From the IMG/VR virus record IMGVR_UViG_3300034071_001420: a DNA stretch of 20,000 bases. One strand, given 5' to 3'. Below the pieces are notes generated by a model that saw only the letters and a program-made list of their open reading frames with translations, had not been told where the DNA came from and did not search any database. The DNA is from an uncultured virus (IMG/VR IMGVR_UViG_3300034071_001420) (lineage: Duplodnaviria > Heunggongvirae > Uroviricota > Caudoviricetes). Below are positions 17,187-20,000 of this stretch, in pieces; position 1 is the first letter of the stretch, and each line of letters opens with the position of its first letter. Made by a program: the position numbers and the translations under genes.

Positions 17187-18433
17187 TACTTCTTTCTCTC
17201 CTTGAAGCGAGTCGCTCTAGGAGGTATGTAGGCACTTTTTGATGTAGCAGTAACTAGAACTGGCTGTGGCTTTTGCTGTTGCATTTGCTGCATCTGTTGG
17301 GCGTATTGCCTCTGCATGGCTTCCATCTCTGCCAACTTATTCCTGTACGCCTCAAAATTGGTACGCACACGGGGGATTTCAGATTCAGGCAGCAGGTTTT
17401 CACGCAGCAATTTTTCACAAGCAGCGTATCCGGTCTTGTAGTCGTGAACATAATACGAACACGATCCCAATTCATCCAATGCCATCCACTTGTACACATT
17501 GGTGTCTATAAACAGGATGTCCTGTTGTGGATGCTGAATCTGTGCGGCTTCCTTGGCAAACAGATACGCTGCACGGGTTCGCCCCATCATTCGTAGCGAA
17601 CGGGCAATAATGTGGAGGGGTTCTGCACGGCACGGGCGGTAGTCGTATGCGTCTAGGAGTTTTTGTTGGATAAAGGGCCACTCCTTTTCCTGTGCCATAG
17701 CAATCAGAGCCACACGGAACAGGGAGTAGTAGCACTCTTCTTCCCATCCACCCATCTCTACACGCTTGTAGTACGCTTCGGTAGCCTTGTCCCATTGCTG
17801 TGAGTCAAAGTACGACTGGGCTAGGTAGAACTGATACCGTGAATTGTCAGGTTCCGTCTTCAAGGCTTCAAGCAGGAGTTCTGCGTCCTTGGAGTACTTT
17901 TCCACAGGTGTGATGTTTACATTACGCGCACCAAGAGTGCGAGCCTCTAGCCCGTAATTACCGTCAATCTTCTCTTGGATGAGGGGTTGCTTTTCACAAT
18001 GTGCGTACTCGTGTAGAATTCCAAGATACTTCCAACCAATTCCTGTCTTGAAGATTTGGTTGCGCCACCATATGCAGTTGTCGCGTGAACACTTGAGTGC
18101 GTATCCGTCAGAGGTAAGATTCTTGCCGTGTGGATACTTGAATTCACCAATGATTCGGTCGTCTGCATCAATCATCCAAGCGTAGTCAGCCTTTCCGTCA
18201 CACAGGGCTAGTGCTTCGCTACGGTTGTGACCGAAACCCACCCACGGACGCTCATGTAGTTCGCCGGGGATTCCCTTGTCGGCAAAAAACTTTTTGATTA
18301 GTTCCTGTGTTCCATCAGTAGAACCAGTGTCTACTACTACCCAATAGTCGATATGCTTGTAGATAGACTCCAAGCACTCATGGATAATGTGGGTTTCGTT
18401 TTTGACGATCATTGAGAGGCATACTGTAGACAT
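17186..18433 (-). CDS. GT2 (GT-A) glycosyltransferase with C-terminal TPR repeats
   Basis: CLSMIVKNE, VVVDTGSTDGT, FGHNRS, DxD motif IDADD, LHEY, RYQFYLAQSY, TPR-like helices, RAEP; AGGAGA 9 nt upstream of ATG 18433. Confidence 0.92.
   Translation of the reverse strand: MSTVCLSMIVKNETHIIHECLESIYKHIDYWVVVDTGSTDGTQELIKKFFADKGIPGELHERPWVGFGHNRSEALALCDGKADYAWMIDADDRIIGEFKYPHGKNLTSDGYALKCSRDNCIWWRNQIFKTGIGWKYLGILHEYAHCEKQPLIQEKIDGNYGLEARTLGARNVNITPVEKYSKDAELLLEALKTEPDNSRYQFYLAQSYFDSQQWDKATEAYYKRVEMGGWEEECYYSLFRVALIAMAQEKEWPFIQQKLLDAYDYRPCRAEPLHIIARSLRMMGRTRAAYLFAKEAAQIQHPQQDILFIDTNVYKWMALDELGSCSYYVHDYKTGYAACEKLLRENLLPESEIPRVRTNFEAYRNKLAEMEAMQRQYAQQMQQMQQQKPQPVLVTATSKSAYIPPRATRFKERKK
17225..17232 (-). 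promoter_or_regulatory. Candidate late promoter CCTACATA
   Basis: Within the 3' end of the GT gene, about 40 nt upstream of ATG 17186. Confidence 0.4.
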
Positions 18434-18454
18434 GTTCACGGTTCTCCTATGAGT

Positions 18455-19225
18455 TTATGTAGACAAAGCACGGAATGTGTTTTGGATTCCTTGACGCAAT
18501 CCAATTATATTAATTGGCGGCAGACCGCTTTCACCACAATACATTTGTAATTGGTTTTCGTTTTCTGTGACGATTGGTACTTTGTGGCTATCCAACGAGT
18601 TAATCATGTTGGCTATAGTTTTTAGCGTATATTTTTCTTCGTAGCAACAGTTTATATCCTTTATCGGATCGGCGTTGTTTATGTAATACTCTACAGTAGA
18701 GATCAGGTCTTGCATATAGATGAAATCCATAATTTTATTGGTATGAATAATCATCGGCTCTTTCTTGATATATCTTGTTATGTTTGCTTTGATGAATCTG
18801 GTGGGCAACTCATTCTCATCAAACACACCAAAGATTCTCAAATCGTAAAAATTGAAATTGTTTTTTACTGACTCATTTATTATAGCCTTGCTTTTGCCGT
18901 GTGGCGTATCAGACAAGTAGTATTGAGATCCTGATCCAAAGGTTATTAGTTTTCCAAAGTGATCTTTGTTATTCACCAAATTGAAATACATTGACAGATT
19001 TTCGTCCAAGACAGATAATCTGTCTGGAATCAATCTATTTCCACCAACAATTGCGGTGTGTAGTACCACATCAAAATATTTTTTTCCAAGCCAATCAGAA
19101 AGAGATTTTTCATTTGTTAAATCAAAATCTTGTCGGCTAACGCTGGTGACAACATGCTCACTCTTAAGGCGAGCAACGATACTTTTAGCAACATATCCAT
19201 TTCCACCGGTTACTAGAATATTCAT
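18455..19225 (-). CDS. NAD-dependent epimerase/dehydratase (extended SDR)
   Basis: MNILVTGGNGYVA Rossmann motif, VLHTA, ITFGSG, LRIFGVF, DFIYMQD. The YxxxK position reads HGKSK. Confidence 0.9.
   Translation of the reverse strand: MNILVTGGNGYVAKSIVARLKSEHVVTSVSRQDFDLTNEKSLSDWLGKKYFDVVLHTAIVGGNRLIPDRLSVLDENLSMYFNLVNNKDHFGKLITFGSGSQYYLSDTPHGKSKAIINESVKNNFNFYDLRIFGVFDENELPTRFIKANITRYIKKEPMIIHTNKIMDFIYMQDLISTVEYYINNADPIKDINCCYEEKYTLKTIANMINSLDSHKVPIVTENENQLQMYCGESGLPPINIIGLRQGIQNTFRALST
18456..18462 (-). promoter_or_regulatory. Candidate late promoter CTACATA
   Basis: Overlaps the epimerase stop codon, just upstream of the GT gene's AGGAGA RBS. Confidence 0.4.
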
Positions 19226-19854
19226 AATGGAACATATATTCTGTCTGATGTGGGAGAATACGAGGAAGCATATCTGTATCCAAATTGGAATATTGTTTTT
19301 TCTAAATCGTCTATTGAACTGCCGTATCTAGACAACCATTCCGAATATGCTTCCACGCATATAACTGGTTTGTATTTTTCGATGGTATCTTTTGCACCTT
19401 TCAACGCATTGACCTCATATCCTTCTATGTCCAACATTATCAAATCGCAGGTGTCCAAGTTCAAGTCATCTATCGTGAATGTCGGGATTTTGCCAGAAGA
19501 TTTAACATAAAATGCACCATTATCATTATCGTATAAATTACCCATCGCAACCAATTTGTGGGAATCTCCCAAACACGCTTGGAATTTATGAACATTCGGA
19601 GAAGTGATATTCAAATTCAAACAATAAAAATTTAAAGGATCTGGTTCAAAAGTGTATATGTCTTGGAATACCGATACAAAAGGTTCCAACACTAACCCAC
19701 AATTTCCTCCGGCTTGAACCATTGTGTTTGTATTTTTTAAGTGTGGTTGTATATGTTCCAAGTGTTTATTATCTCTGGACAACACATCATATGTGTACGA
19801 ACCATTTGCTGCCCAGTAAAATCCATTTGGTTTTTTTGTAATCAAATCTTTCAT
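19222..19854 (-). CDS. FkbM-family SAM-dependent methyltransferase
   Basis: VQAGGNCG, YTFEPDPLNF, TIDDL, DLIMLDIEGYE..ALKGA..TI...KPVICVE. Confidence 0.9.
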   Translation of the reverse strand: MKDLITKKPNGFYWAANGSYTYDVLSRDNKHLEHIQPHLKNTNTMVQAGGNCGLVLEPFVSVFQDIYTFEPDPLNFYCLNLNITSPNVHKFQACLGDSHKLVAMGNLYDNDNGAFYVKSSGKIPTFTIDDLNLDTCDLIMLDIEGYEVNALKGAKDTIEKYKPVICVEAYSEWLSRYGSSIDDLEKTIFQFGYRYASSYSPTSDRIYVPL

Positions 19855-20000
19855 GTTTTTTCCTTATTTTTTAATTTTTGGGCAACTTCCATAATCAGAT
19901 CTTCTTGTCCAGCGATCAGTTTTCTATTACCTAATTCAAATATAAGAGAAGAATATTCTATTCCATATAATCTAGATGCCTCTATAATTGGTTTTTCAAA
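19851..20000 (-). CDS. C-terminus of a 4-hydroxy-2-oxovalerate aldolase-like protein (DmpG communication domain); 5' part outside the window
   Basis: Manual translation FEKPIIEASRLYGIEYSSLIFELGNRKLIAGQEDLIMEVAQKLKNKEKT* matches the DmpG/MhpE C-terminal pattern ELGxRKxxxGQEDxI; ATGA overlap with the FkbM gene. Confidence 0.78.
   Translation of the reverse strand, partial: FEKPIIEASRLYGIEYSSLIFELGNRKLIAGQEDLIMEVAQKLKNKEKT

Noticed and set aside
17265..17320. Gln-rich tract QRQYAQQMQQMQQQKPQP
   Set aside because: Low-complexity C-terminal tail of the GT2-TPR protein; no evidence of a separate function.
861..19510. All other plus-strand ORFs and nested alternative-frame minus ORFs (e.g. 8484-9212, 3616-4182, 13855-14229)
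   Set aside because: They overlap well-supported minus-strand genes and show no recognisable motifs.

Overview
A 20 kb segment of a T4-like (Tevenvirinae/Kyanoviridae-like) bacteriophage genome. All supportable genes lie on the minus strand, tightly packed, many with ATGA/GTGA or TAATG overlaps. In transcription order (right to left): (1) a glycan-type module: C-terminus of a DmpG-like aldolase, FkbM methyltransferase, SDR epimerase/dehydratase and GT2-TPR glycosyltransferase; (2) two hypothetical genes; (3) a nucleotide/DNA-modification block: dUTPase, DUF1599/Nmad1-like alpha-helical protein, conserved hypothetical, UvsE, i-type-lysozyme-like protein, Mom-like GNAT, HNH endonuclease, AdoMet decarboxylase, PD-(D/E)xK-like nuclease and amino-methyltransferase; (4) the T4-like replication core: GroES-like co-chaperonin, gp43, UvsX, an inserted second MTase, gp41, gp61 and ThyX; (5) a collagen-like protein running off the left edge. 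Most notable: a candidate DNA hypermodification/defence cluster built around Mom-like GNAT + AdoMetDC + MTase + nuclease; apparent complete absence of AGCT (manual scan); twin TTGACA-N16-TAYACT promoters, one predicting a leaderless uvsE mRNA; and a recurring CTACATA candidate late promoter. All family calls come from motif recognition, not database searches.
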